This document shows, one piece after another, positions 9,262 to 18,229 of a stretch of 64,000 bases of DNA (its first letter is position 1; each line of letters begins with the position of its first letter). A program made the position numbers and the translations under genes. The stretch is from an uncultured Candidatus Rokubacteria bacterium (lineage in GTDB: Bacteria; Methylomirabilota; Methylomirabilia; Rokubacteriales; CSP1-6), in assembly GCA_963754315.1 (NCBI GenBank), contig CAVWFS010000019.1, positions 352,001-416,000 on the forward strand, given 5' to 3'. The notes below the pieces were generated by a model that was not told the origin of the DNA, did not search any database, and worked only from the letters and a program-made list of their open reading frames with translations.

Positions 9262-10566
9262 TTATTGCGGCGGCTGGACCACCACTGTACGACGTACAGC
9301 GAGATACCGCTGGGCCACCCGTTGAACATCAGCTGTGGTCACCGCATTCACCCGCGCGGTGAATCGGTCCAGGAACTCGGGACCAACCCCCGCCTGCTCG
9401 TACGCGGCCAGGTACCATGCCTGACGGGCGTTGGTACGACGATCCATGGCCAGCCGGCCGAGCAGGAAGGCCTTGGCCACGCGCAACTCCTCGTCGGGGA
9501 CAGCCTGGCGCTGGATGCGATCGAGCTGTTCGGCGAGGGCAGCCTCGGCCCTGGCTGCGTTGGCGGGGGCCGTTCCTAGTAACGCCAAAAAGTAGCTGGT
9601 GTCGACGCGCGAAGGGTACTGCGCCGCCGTCGTGTACGCGAGTCCCTGCTGATCGCGCAACTCCGAGAAGAAGCGTCCCGCCATGCCCCCCCCGAGCACA
9701 GTGCTCAGAACCTTGACGGCTGGATAGTCAGGATCGCTGAGGGCCGGGGCGAGGGTTCCGATGAGGATCTGCGCCTGGGCACCAGGGACGGTGAGGACAT
9801 CGCGCGAGGCGACCGCGGGCGGCGGAGGCGGTGGCTGGGAGACGGGGGGTGTTCCGGCCGGCGTTTGGCCAAAGAGGCGCTCGACCTGGGCAAGTACCTC
9901 GGCGGCCTTGACCTGGCCACTGACCGCCAGCACGATGCCGCCCGGAACGTAGTGGCGCCGGTACTGGGCCAGCAGCGCCCCCCGATCCATCCGTTCGAGA
10001 CTCTCCTTCAAGCCCACCGGATCCCAGGCATAGGGATTGGATCCGAACAAACGGGCGGTGAGCGCATCGAGCCCGGCCGTGAACGGTCTCTCACCGCGAT
10101 TACGTACCTGTCGGACCAGAAAGTCGCGGACGGGACCCACCACGCCGTCCGGGATCGACGGGTTGAGTGCCACGTCGGCGACGAGCTCCAGGATCTCGAC
10201 CCAGTAGCGCGCGAGGGCTGTGGCAGCGATTTCCGAATAGTCGGCTTCCCCGTACGCGTCGATGCTGCCGCCGAGCCCGTCGGCGATCTCCACGATCTGG
10301 GGGCCGCTGCGGGAGGTGGTCCCCCGGACGACCATCAGCTGCAGGAAGTTCGAGATCCCCGCGGTGTCTCGCGTCTCCCAGCGCGTGCCCATCTTCACCA
10401 TGAGCGACACGGCCACCACCGGCGCCGTGGGATTCTCGCGCACCAGCACCACCAGCCCGTTGGGGAGCTTGGTGCGCGAGACGTCTCCGGCCTGGCCAGA
10501 GGCCCCCACGACGAGTGCGAGGCCGAGGAGTAGCGCCGCGCCGATTGATCGGCCGAGGCGCTTCAT
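9262..10566 (-). CDS. M16 family peptidase, probable non-catalytic subunit
   Basis: KLPNGLVVLVREN start and SELRDQQGLAY; zinc motif degenerate (SNFLQLM). Confidence 0.85.
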   Translation of the reverse strand: MKRLGRSIGAALLLGLALVVGASGQAGDVSRTKLPNGLVVLVRENPTAPVVAVSLMVKMGTRWETRDTAGISNFLQLMVVRGTTSRSGPQIVEIADGLGGSIDAYGEADYSEIAATALARYWVEILELVADVALNPSIPDGVVGPVRDFLVRQVRNRGERPFTAGLDALTARLFGSNPYAWDPVGLKESLERMDRGALLAQYRRHYVPGGIVLAVSGQVKAAEVLAQVERLFGQTPAGTPPVSQPPPPPPAVASRDVLTVPGAQAQILIGTLAPALSDPDYPAVKVLSTVLGGGMAGRFFSELRDQQGLAYTTAAQYPSRVDTSYFLALLGTAPANAARAEAALAEQLDRIQRQAVPDEELRVAKAFLLGRLAMDRRTNARQAWYLAAYEQAGVGPEFLDRFTARVNAVTTADVQRVAQRYLAVRRTVVVQPPQ

Positions 10567-11939
10567 GGCGCGGCCTTCTTCGGTACGAAGGCCACCTGCG
10601 CATAGTCCGTCCGTGACAAGTACTTGCGGGCCGCATCGCGGATCTGCTCGCGCGTCACCTTTCGCAGCCGGTCCACATACATGAGTTCCGCCTCCAGAGT
10701 CCACGTGGTCTCGGCGATGGCGTAGGCATTGGCCAGACCTTCGGAGGTCTCCGTGTCGAAGGCGTGTTGGGCCTCAAACGTCGTGAGCGCCCGTTCTCGC
10801 TCTTCCTCTGTCGGTCCGCTCTCCTGGATTCGCGCGATTTCCTCGAGAATGATCTGCTCCGCGCGCGCCAGATCCTTCGCCTCCAACTCGGCACGGAGGC
10901 TCGCGATCCCTCCCCCCATCAGTGCGGCGTAGTTCATGCTGACGCTGGACACGAGCTTCTCTTCGTCGCGCAGCCGTCGTGTCAGGCGGGAGCTGTCCTT
11001 GCCCGCCAGAATGGTGGTCAAGAGATCAAGCGCGTATCCGTCGGGATCGTCGGATCGCGGCGCCTGCCACCCGAGCGCCAGCAGAGCCTGCTGCTCGGGC
11101 CGCTCCACGGTGCGCGCCATCCGACCCTTGAGCGAGGTCGGCACGGGTGCGGGCGTACTGACATAGCCCGAGGACGGGACGCGGCCGAAGGTGCGATCCA
11201 CCGCCGCGCGCACGGCCTTCGGGTCAACCGGGCCCACCACGACCACGGTCATGTTCTGGGGCGTGTAGTAGTGCTTGTTGAAGGCGCGCAGAAGCTCCTG
11301 ATCGGCCCTCAGCAAGGTCGGACGAGTACCCAAGACGGGGGAACCGTACGGATTGCCTTCGAAGACGATGCCGTAGAGCTGGCGAATGATCGCCGAGCGC
11401 GGGTTATCTTGCTCGATCTTCGCCTCCTCGAAGATGACCTCACGCTCGCGGTCGATCTCCGGGGGCGCGAAGGTCGAGCGAAAGGCCATATCTGCCAGGA
11501 GGGCGATGCCGGCCTCCAGTCCATCGGAGGGGAGGACCAGGAAGTACATCGTGTAGTCGAAGGACGTCACCGCGTTGGAGCGGCCTCCTGTCCCTTCCAC
11601 GAAGCGGTCGATGTACCCGGGACCGAACTTGTCCGTGCCCTTGAACAGCATGTGCTCCTGGAAGTGGGCAAACCCCAGCTGGTCTGGCTTCTCGTAGCGG
11701 ACGCCGGTCCCCACAATCATGTAGATGGCCACGATGTCGCTCGCCCGATGGTCCTGGACGATGAGGCGCAGTCCGTTGGGCAGCACCTCACGGATGGGCG
11801 CGGCCAGGCCGAGCTCCGTTCGCGCTTTGCTGCTCGGAGCTACCGCATGGCCGCTGGGGGCTGTCGTCCTCGCGCAGCCCGTTGCCGCCAACAAGGCAGC
11901 CGTCCACACCACGAGACGCCGTACCGCAACGACCGTCAC
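10563..11939 (-). CDS. M16 family zinc peptidase, catalytic subunit, probable lipoprotein
   Basis: HFQEH inverted zinc motif, NAVTSFDYTMY and ATGC lipobox. Confidence 0.9.
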   Translation of the reverse strand: MTVVAVRRLVVWTAALLAATGCARTTAPSGHAVAPSSKARTELGLAAPIREVLPNGLRLIVQDHRASDIVAIYMIVGTGVRYEKPDQLGFAHFQEHMLFKGTDKFGPGYIDRFVEGTGGRSNAVTSFDYTMYFLVLPSDGLEAGIALLADMAFRSTFAPPEIDREREVIFEEAKIEQDNPRSAIIRQLYGIVFEGNPYGSPVLGTRPTLLRADQELLRAFNKHYYTPQNMTVVVVGPVDPKAVRAAVDRTFGRVPSSGYVSTPAPVPTSLKGRMARTVERPEQQALLALGWQAPRSDDPDGYALDLLTTILAGKDSSRLTRRLRDEEKLVSSVSMNYAALMGGGIASLRAELEAKDLARAEQIILEEIARIQESGPTEEERERALTTFEAQHAFDTETSEGLANAYAIAETTWTLEAELMYVDRLRKVTREQIRDAARKYLSRTDYAQVAFVPKKAAP

Positions 11940-12964
11940 GGAGCCTTGCCTGTCAACTCGAGCACCTGGCCCTTGCGGAGGACTGTCACCTTGAATGGGC
12001 TTCCGGGTGATAGGCCGCTCATCCGCTGGCGGATCTGGGTGAAGGCTGTCGCTGTCCCGATGGGAATGCCCTCCACGTTCAGCACGATGTCCCCTCCCAC
12101 CACGATTTGGTGCCCGGCAATGGTGGCAGTGCTCGTACCCCCCTTGATCCCTATGGCCTCGGCCGGGGAGCCCTTGGCCACCGTCTTGACGATGTAACCG
12201 CGGGCCCGGGGCGGCAAGTTGAGGATATCGGCGACCTCGTCGGTCAAGAGCTCACCCTCGAGGCCGGTCCAAAACGACCGTTGTTCCAGCAGGAGCTCCT
12301 TGGCGGTATTGGCGGTGACCACGAACCCGAGGCCTTCACTGCCCCCGCCCTTCGAGATGTTGTGGCTCACCAACCCGATGACCTGGCCCTGCATGTTGAA
12401 CATGGGCCCGCCGGAGTTGCCCGTATTGATGACGGCGTCCGTCTGGAAGAACTCGGCCAGCGGCATCGATCGATAGACCGTATTGGGCGCCCACCGCGCG
12501 CTGATCCACCCGACACTGAGGGAATGGCTCAGCCCGAACGGCGCCCCCACGATGAGCACCTGATCCCCGACCTGAACCGTGCTGGAGTCCGCCAGCGTGG
12601 CGACCCGGGCCGTGGGCGGAACTTTGGCAAGTTGGAGCAGCGAGAGGTCGGCGGCAGGCTCGGACCCGACAACTCTCGCGGCAACGGTTTCGCCCCCCAG
12701 GAACTCGACATTGATCTCGTCCATGGTGTGGACCACGTGGGCGGCCGTCATGACCTTGCCGTCGGAACTAATGAGCACGCCGGAGCCGGTTTCATTGAAG
12801 CCCGTCAACCCGCCACTGGCCGAGACATCTCGACCACGAGCCCGGATGACGACCACGGACGGCGCTACTCTCTTGAAGACCTCGCCCACGTTCTGGGCCT
12901 GGCTTGGACCCGGGACCCAGAGCAACGCTCCGGCTGCAAGCAGAGCAGCGACCACTTTTCCCAT
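11936..12964 (-). CDS. HtrA/DegP-like trypsin serine protease with one PDZ domain
   Basis: GSGVLI, TAAHVV, DLSLL and GNSGGP motifs; GGAGG SD before the ATG at 12964. Confidence 0.9.
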   Translation of the reverse strand: MGKVVAALLAAGALLWVPGPSQAQNVGEVFKRVAPSVVVIRARGRDVSASGGLTGFNETGSGVLISSDGKVMTAAHVVHTMDEINVEFLGGETVAARVVGSEPAADLSLLQLAKVPPTARVATLADSSTVQVGDQVLIVGAPFGLSHSLSVGWISARWAPNTVYRSMPLAEFFQTDAVINTGNSGGPMFNMQGQVIGLVSHNISKGGGSEGLGFVVTANTAKELLLEQRSFWTGLEGELLTDEVADILNLPPRARGYIVKTVAKGSPAEAIGIKGGTSTATIAGHQIVVGGDIVLNVEGIPIGTATAFTQIRQRMSGLSPGSPFKVTVLRKGQVLELTGKAP

Positions 12965-12986
12965 CTCTATAGCCTCCGTTGAAGAT

Positions 12987-13233
12987 GGGGGGCCTCGAAC
13001 GGGCCCCCCATGCCCCCCAGCGCTCGGGGGATCCCCAGGTAACCTGGGGCCCCCCTCGGTTCGGCTCGCAGCTTCCGGGGCCTCGAACGGGCCCCCCATG
13101 CCCCCCAGCGCTCGGGGGATCCCCAGGCAACCTGGGGCCCCCCTCGGTTCGGCTCGCAGCTTCCGGGGCCTCGAACGGGCCCCCCATGCCCCCCAGCGCT
13201 CGGGGGATCCCAGGCAACCTGGGGCCCCCCTCG
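12987..13233. repeat. Tandem 88-bp palindromic repeat, about 2.8 copies (REP-like family A)
   Basis: CCTCGAAC recurs at 12993, 13081 and 13169; each unit has two hairpins. Confidence 0.95.
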
Positions 13234-13250
13234 ATCTTGCTCGCCGGCGA

Positions 13251-14066
13251 TCAGGGTAGCAGACTGAGCCAGGAGGCATCCTTGAACCAGCGGTCTCTCG
13301 TTCGCTCCAATGCCCCGGTGGCTTCCATGCCGCGCAGCCAGTTTTGCGTCCAGTTGACGAAGAGCGGGTCGTTCAGCGGCAGGGCGATCCCGATCGGCTC
13401 GTAGGTGAGCGGAGTGACCAGCGCAAACAGATTGCGATCGGGATAACGAAACACCGAGAAGATGCAGACCGGAAAGTCTGCGATCATCGCGTCGACGTTG
13501 TCCTGCAGCACCATGTTGATGGCTTCGTCATAGTCCTTGGTCAGCACGAGCGTGGCCTGGGGGAGAACCTCACGGACGAAGACCTCACTGGTCGAGTCGC
13601 GAAGGGCGGCCAACCGGACGGTAGGGACGTTGAGCTCGGACGGGCCCTTCACCGAGTTGGCTGTGGTCGCCTTGGACAGGAATGACTTCCCCGAGAGGAA
13701 GTACGGTCCCACGAAAGCCACCCGGCGACTCCGCTCCGGGGTCATGGTCATGCTGGACACGACCATGTCCACCTGACCGGCTTCCAGGGCGGGGAGCAGC
13801 TCGGCGAACGGAATGGGCACCAGCCGCAGCTTGACCTTCATCGCGTCCGCCATGGCACGCGCCAGATCGGCGTCGAACCCGATGATCTCCCCGGTTTTCG
13901 TGGTCATGTTCATGGGCGGCATGCTGGCGGCCGTCCCTACTACCAGCTCGCCCCTGCCTTGGATCCGAGTGAGGGTCGGCGACGCGGAGGGTGCCGAACC
14001 AGTCGCGCACGCCGCGAGGAGGGCCAGCACCACGACGAGCGCCGCGAATCGTCCTGAGCCTCGCAT
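13251..14066 (-). CDS. Polar amino-acid ABC substrate-binding lipoprotein (family 3)
   Basis: LAAC lipobox, GEIIGFDADLARAMA and SSMTMTPER motifs. Confidence 0.9.
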   Translation of the reverse strand: MRGSGRFAALVVVLALLAACATGSAPSASPTLTRIQGRGELVVGTAASMPPMNMTTKTGEIIGFDADLARAMADAMKVKLRLVPIPFAELLPALEAGQVDMVVSSMTMTPERSRRVAFVGPYFLSGKSFLSKATTANSVKGPSELNVPTVRLAALRDSTSEVFVREVLPQATLVLTKDYDEAINMVLQDNVDAMIADFPVCIFSVFRYPDRNLFALVTPLTYEPIGIALPLNDPLFVNWTQNWLRGMEATGALERTRDRWFKDASWLSLLP

Positions 14067-14192
14067 TGGCCTGCTTCCTTTCGAGCAGAGAGAACGGCGA
14101 GGGCCAGGATATCACCCTTGGCCTCAAGGAATTCCTCGGCGCTCTTGCCTTTATGCAAGGCGCGCAGCATGATCCACTCGGGAGGAGCCTAC

Positions 14193-14624
14193 ATGCTGAT
14201 CCACGTGCCGTCGGCCATGATTGTCCTGGCGCTGTTCGTCGCGCTTACAGGAGCGGGGTGCGCGACACCGGCACAACCCGCGCCAGCCATGTCGACCGTC
14301 CCCATCACGGATTTCAAGAGCGTGGCCGGCAAGTGGGGCGGGCTGGTCAGGGGGTTACCTCCACGAGGCTCGAGCAGGGACGAAGACTACGTGGATGTGG
14401 AGATCAGGCCAGACGGCACCTATGACTTCGGGATCTTCCGGACGGTCGGAGTCTTTGGGGGAACGGGCAAGCTCACCCTCGAAGACGGGCGGATGCTGCT
14501 CAAGGGCGAGCGCGGCTCTGCCACCTTGGTTCTCCTGGAAGGAAACGGACGTCGAGTCCTGCGCACGAATGCAGTCATGACGAACGGCCTCAGGCTGTCC
14601 TCGGATCTCACCCCGGTCCGCTAG
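14193..14624 (+). CDS. Small lipoprotein, paralogue of the 7125..7549 protein
   Basis: GGAGGAG SD, GAGC lipobox and VAGKWGG...PDGTYDF. Confidence 0.7.
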   Translation: MLIHVPSAMIVLALFVALTGAGCATPAQPAPAMSTVPITDFKSVAGKWGGLVRGLPPRGSSRDEDYVDVEIRPDGTYDFGIFRTVGVFGGTGKLTLEDGRMLLKGERGSATLVLLEGNGRRVLRTNAVMTNGLRLSSDLTPVR

Positions 14625-14790
14625 CGCCGAAGCCCGCAATCCGTGGCTGAACCGACGGCCGTCAGGCTGGGCGAGGGCGACGACGACAAGGCCGCGATGC
14701 CGTCGCGCTGTCCATGACCGCCTTTCAGGTTCGGACGGCCGGAACGGGCACCCTGCCTGGCGTCCTCCAGCGTTCCGTCCATCTTCTGAA

Positions 14791-15717
14791 TCAAGCGCGC
14801 GGGTGGAACTGACGATACATTCGCCGGACGGTGGCCGAGGGCAGATGGGTGTAGATCTGCGTGGTGCTGATGTCTGCGTGGCCGAGCATGGTCTGTACCG
14901 CGCGCAGATCGGCGCCGCCCTCTAGCAAGTGGCTGGCGAAACAGTGGCGAAGCGTGTGGGGCGACACACGAGCCCTCAGCCCTGCTTTCCTGGCAGCTCC
15001 ACGCACGATCTGCCACAGTGCCTGTCGAGTAAGTGCGCGGCCGCGCGGGCCCACAAAGAGCCGACCCGAATCGCGGCGACCTCGCAAGGAGCGGGAGCGA
15101 GCTTCCGCAAGGTAGCGCCGGATCCAGGCGAGCGCCTCCTCTCCGACGGGCACCATGCGCTCCTTGCGCGCCTTGCCGACGCACTGGACGTACCCCGCGC
15201 TCAGGTTCACGTCGCCGAGACCGAGGGTCAGGCATTCGCTGGCCCGCAGCCCACTGGCGTAGAGAAGCTCGAGCATCGCTCGATCGCGGAGCCCACGGGG
15301 AGTGGACGTGTCGGGCGCCTCGACCAGCGCTGCCGTCGCTTCGCGCGAGAGCGTCTTCGGAAGAGGGCGCGGCACGCGGGGCCGTTCGATGTGCTCCGTT
15401 GGATCCCCCGTGAGCGTGCCTTCCTGGCCGAGGTAACGAAAGAAGCTGCGCGCGGCCGCCAAGCGGCGACTCACCGTTGCTCCTCGGCGACCAGACTTCC
15501 GAAGCGCCTCCATCCAATCGACGATGTCGTCTGGCCGTGCGTCGGCAAGCACGCGCCCTTGGCGGCGCAGCCGGGCCGCGAGGTCGGAGACATCGCGGCG
15601 GTATGCGGCTACCGTGTTGGAGGACAGGGCTTGCTCGCTCCGGAGGGCGGCCAGGAAGTCGACGATCGTCGGATCCTCTGCTTCCGAAGCGGCCCCGGCA
15701 ACTCGTGACGGGGTCAT
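14791..15717 (-). CDS. xerD: Tyrosine recombinase XerD
   Basis: LRDRAMLELLYASGLRASE, SPHTLRHCFASHLL and LGHADISTTQIYTH; C-terminal FHPRA. Confidence 0.9.
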   Translation of the reverse strand: MTPSRVAGAASEAEDPTIVDFLAALRSEQALSSNTVAAYRRDVSDLAARLRRQGRVLADARPDDIVDWMEALRKSGRRGATVSRRLAAARSFFRYLGQEGTLTGDPTEHIERPRVPRPLPKTLSREATAALVEAPDTSTPRGLRDRAMLELLYASGLRASECLTLGLGDVNLSAGYVQCVGKARKERMVPVGEEALAWIRRYLAEARSRSLRGRRDSGRLFVGPRGRALTRQALWQIVRGAARKAGLRARVSPHTLRHCFASHLLEGGADLRAVQTMLGHADISTTQIYTHLPSATVRRMYRQFHPRA

Positions 15718-15720
15718 GGC

Positions 15721-16060
15721 TCAGCGTAGCAGTGCGAGCGCCTCGAATCCCGGCATTTTCGAGACCGTTGCTAGCGCACGCTCACGAGGATGGCTGTCCC
15801 CGGTGTGGTCAAAGCCCAAAGATCCAAAGCTCGCCCCGATGAGCTGGGCGTTGGCCACCGAGGCGCCCGACGATTCGACGACGGCACGGATGTTGAGATC
15901 CCGGGCGCCGTAGGCAATGCGCGACATCGCGCCGGCGATCGGATAGTACACGCCCACCACCCAGCCGGAAGCGATGATGACCAACTGTCGAGATTGAGCC
16001 ATGGCGGCGAGCGGCGCCATCACCAGCCCGACGAGCAAGGCCGCCAGGAGTTTGAGTTCG
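15721..16060 (-). pseudogene. Truncated TAXI-family TRAP solute-binding protein
   Basis: Signal peptide plus IASGWVVGVYYPIAGAMS...VESSGASVANAQLI, then similarity is lost. Confidence 0.7.
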
Positions 16061-16118
16061 CATCGGTCGCACCATAGGCGAACGAGCGACACCGGTCAAC
16101 GGTGATAGACTGCCTGCC

Positions 16119-18204
16119 ATGCCTGCGCGACTCGGCATCGATGTGGGCGGGACCTTCACCGACCTGGTCGTGGTCGACGAGGCGACCGGGGGGCTCCGCG
16201 TCGGCAAAGTGCTCACCACCCCCAAAGATCCGGCGCACGGTGTGGAGACCGGCATGGTCGCGCTCCTCGGCGAGGCCGGCGTGGCCACCAGCGACGTCCA
16301 GGCTGTCGTGCACGGCACGACCCTGGCCACCAACGCGCTCATCGAGCGCAAGGGGGCCCGCACAGCGCTGGTGATGACCGAGGGGTTCCGGGATTCGGTG
16401 GAGATCCGTCACGAGGGGCGCTATGACATGTACGACCTCTTCATCGATCCTCCATCCCCCCTCGTGCCTCGCCACCTGCGGCGCGAGGTCAGCGAGCGCT
16501 TGCTGGCCGACGGTAGTGTTCTGCGCCCCCTCGACGAGGAGGGAGCCCGGCGCGTCATCCGCGAGCTGATCGCGGAGGGGGTGGAGGCCATCGCCATCTG
16601 CCTGCTCCACGCGTACGTCAATCCTGTCCACGAGCGGCGCCTGGCCGAGCTGATTCGCGAAATCGCGCCGGATCGTCCGGTCTCCTGCTCGTCCGAGGTC
16701 GTGCCAGAAATCAGGGAGTACGAGCGAGCATCGACGACGTCAGCCAACGTCTACGTCGCCCCGCTCTTGGAGCGCTACCTCGAGGATTTGGAGAGGCGGC
16801 TTGCGGAGCTTGGCGTTCCCGGACAGCTCTACATCATGCAGTCCTCGGGCGGCATCGCTTTGCCCCCCACCGCTCGCCGGCTGCCGATCCGACTGGTCGA
16901 GTCCGGCCCCGCCGGCGGTGCCCTCGCCGCGGCCCTGGCGGCGCGGCACCGTGGTGAGCGGCGCATGCTCTCCTTCGACATGGGTGGCACCACGGCCAAA
17001 GCGTGTGTCATCGACGACGGTGCGCCGCTGGTGGCGCGGGAGTTCGAGGTGGCGCGCGCCGATCGCTTCAAGAAGGGGTCAGGGTTGCCCGTGCGGGTGC
17101 CCGTTATCGAAATGATCGAGATCGGAGCCGGGGGCGGTTCTATCGCCCGCGTGGACAGACTGGGCCTGCTGAAGGTTGGACCCGACAGCGCCGGCGCGGA
17201 CCCCGGGCCCGCCTGCTACAACCTCGGGGGCAGGCTCCCGACCGTCACCGACGCCGACCTGCTGCTCGGCTATCTGGACGCCGAGTTCTTCCTCGGCGGG
17301 CGCATGCCGCTCGACCGCGAGGCTGCGCGGCGGGCCATCGATGAGCACGTGGCGCGCCCGCTCGGGCTCGACGTGATCGGCGCGGCGCGCGGGATTCATC
17401 GCGTGGTCAACGAGAACATGGCCGCGGCCGCCCGCATCCATGGCATCGAGCGCGGCAAGGATCTCCGAAGCTACCCGCTCTTCGCCTTCGGGGGAGCCGG
17501 CCCCGTTCACTGCTGGCAGATGGCTCGCATTCTCAAGGTCCCGCGCATTCTCCTTCCCTTTGGCGCGGGTGCCATGTCAGCCTACGGTCTGCTCGCCGCG
17601 CCGCTGACCTTCGACTTCGTGCGTACCCTTCGCCAGCGGCTGGACGAAGCGGACTGGGACTCTGATCAATCGCCGGTTCGAGGAGATGGAAACCGAAGGA
17701 CGTACCTTGCTCACGAGAGCAGGGGTCGCGGCCGCCGAGATCCGTGTCTCACGCCTGGCCGAGATGCGTTACCTCGGGCAAGGCCACGAAGTGGAAGCGA
17801 GCATCCCAGCCGGTGCGCTCGGTTCTCACAGCCTGGGCGCGATCAGCGCCAGCTTCGAGAGCGCGTATCAGGCCCTCTATCACCGGCTGCCCCAGGGCAT
17901 GCCTATCGAAGCCCTGAACTGGCGGGTCACGGTGGCGGGACCGGCCCCGACGATGCCCGCGATCAAGGCCGGGGCAACCTCCAACGGCGGCGCCTCCGTG
18001 AAGGGCCAGCGCCAGGCTTACTTCGAGGAGGCGGGAGGATTTGTGGAGGTTCCCGTGTACGACCGCTATGTTCTCGGCCCTGGCGTCGTGTTCGGCGGTC
18101 CGGCCATCGTGGAGGAGCGTGAGTCTACGGCGGTCATCGGGCCCGGGGCCCGGTGCCTCGTTGATGAGGGTCTTGCTCTCGTCGTGGAGGTGCCTGCCTC
18201 GTGA
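16119..18204 (+). CDS. Hydantoinase/oxoprolinase subunit A (HyuA-like); 1-bp frameshift near 17657
   Basis: GIDVGGTFTD, HGTTLATNA and DMGGTT motifs; the C-terminus (MRYLGQGHE...GPAIVEE) is in ORF 17686..18204. Confidence 0.88.
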
Positions 18205-18229
18205 TGATCTGGGTAGCGGTGCTCGCGTC

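Noticed and set aside
12965..13279. N-terminal repeat extension of the HtrA protease (447-aa ORF call)
   Set aside because: The extension is the translated 88-bp repeat; a GGAGG SD and a signal peptide mark the real start at 12964.
14791..15717. Phage or ICE integrase marking a mobile element
   Set aside because: The sequence is a typical chromosomal XerD (FHPRA end); no att repeats, adjacent tRNA or phage genes were seen.
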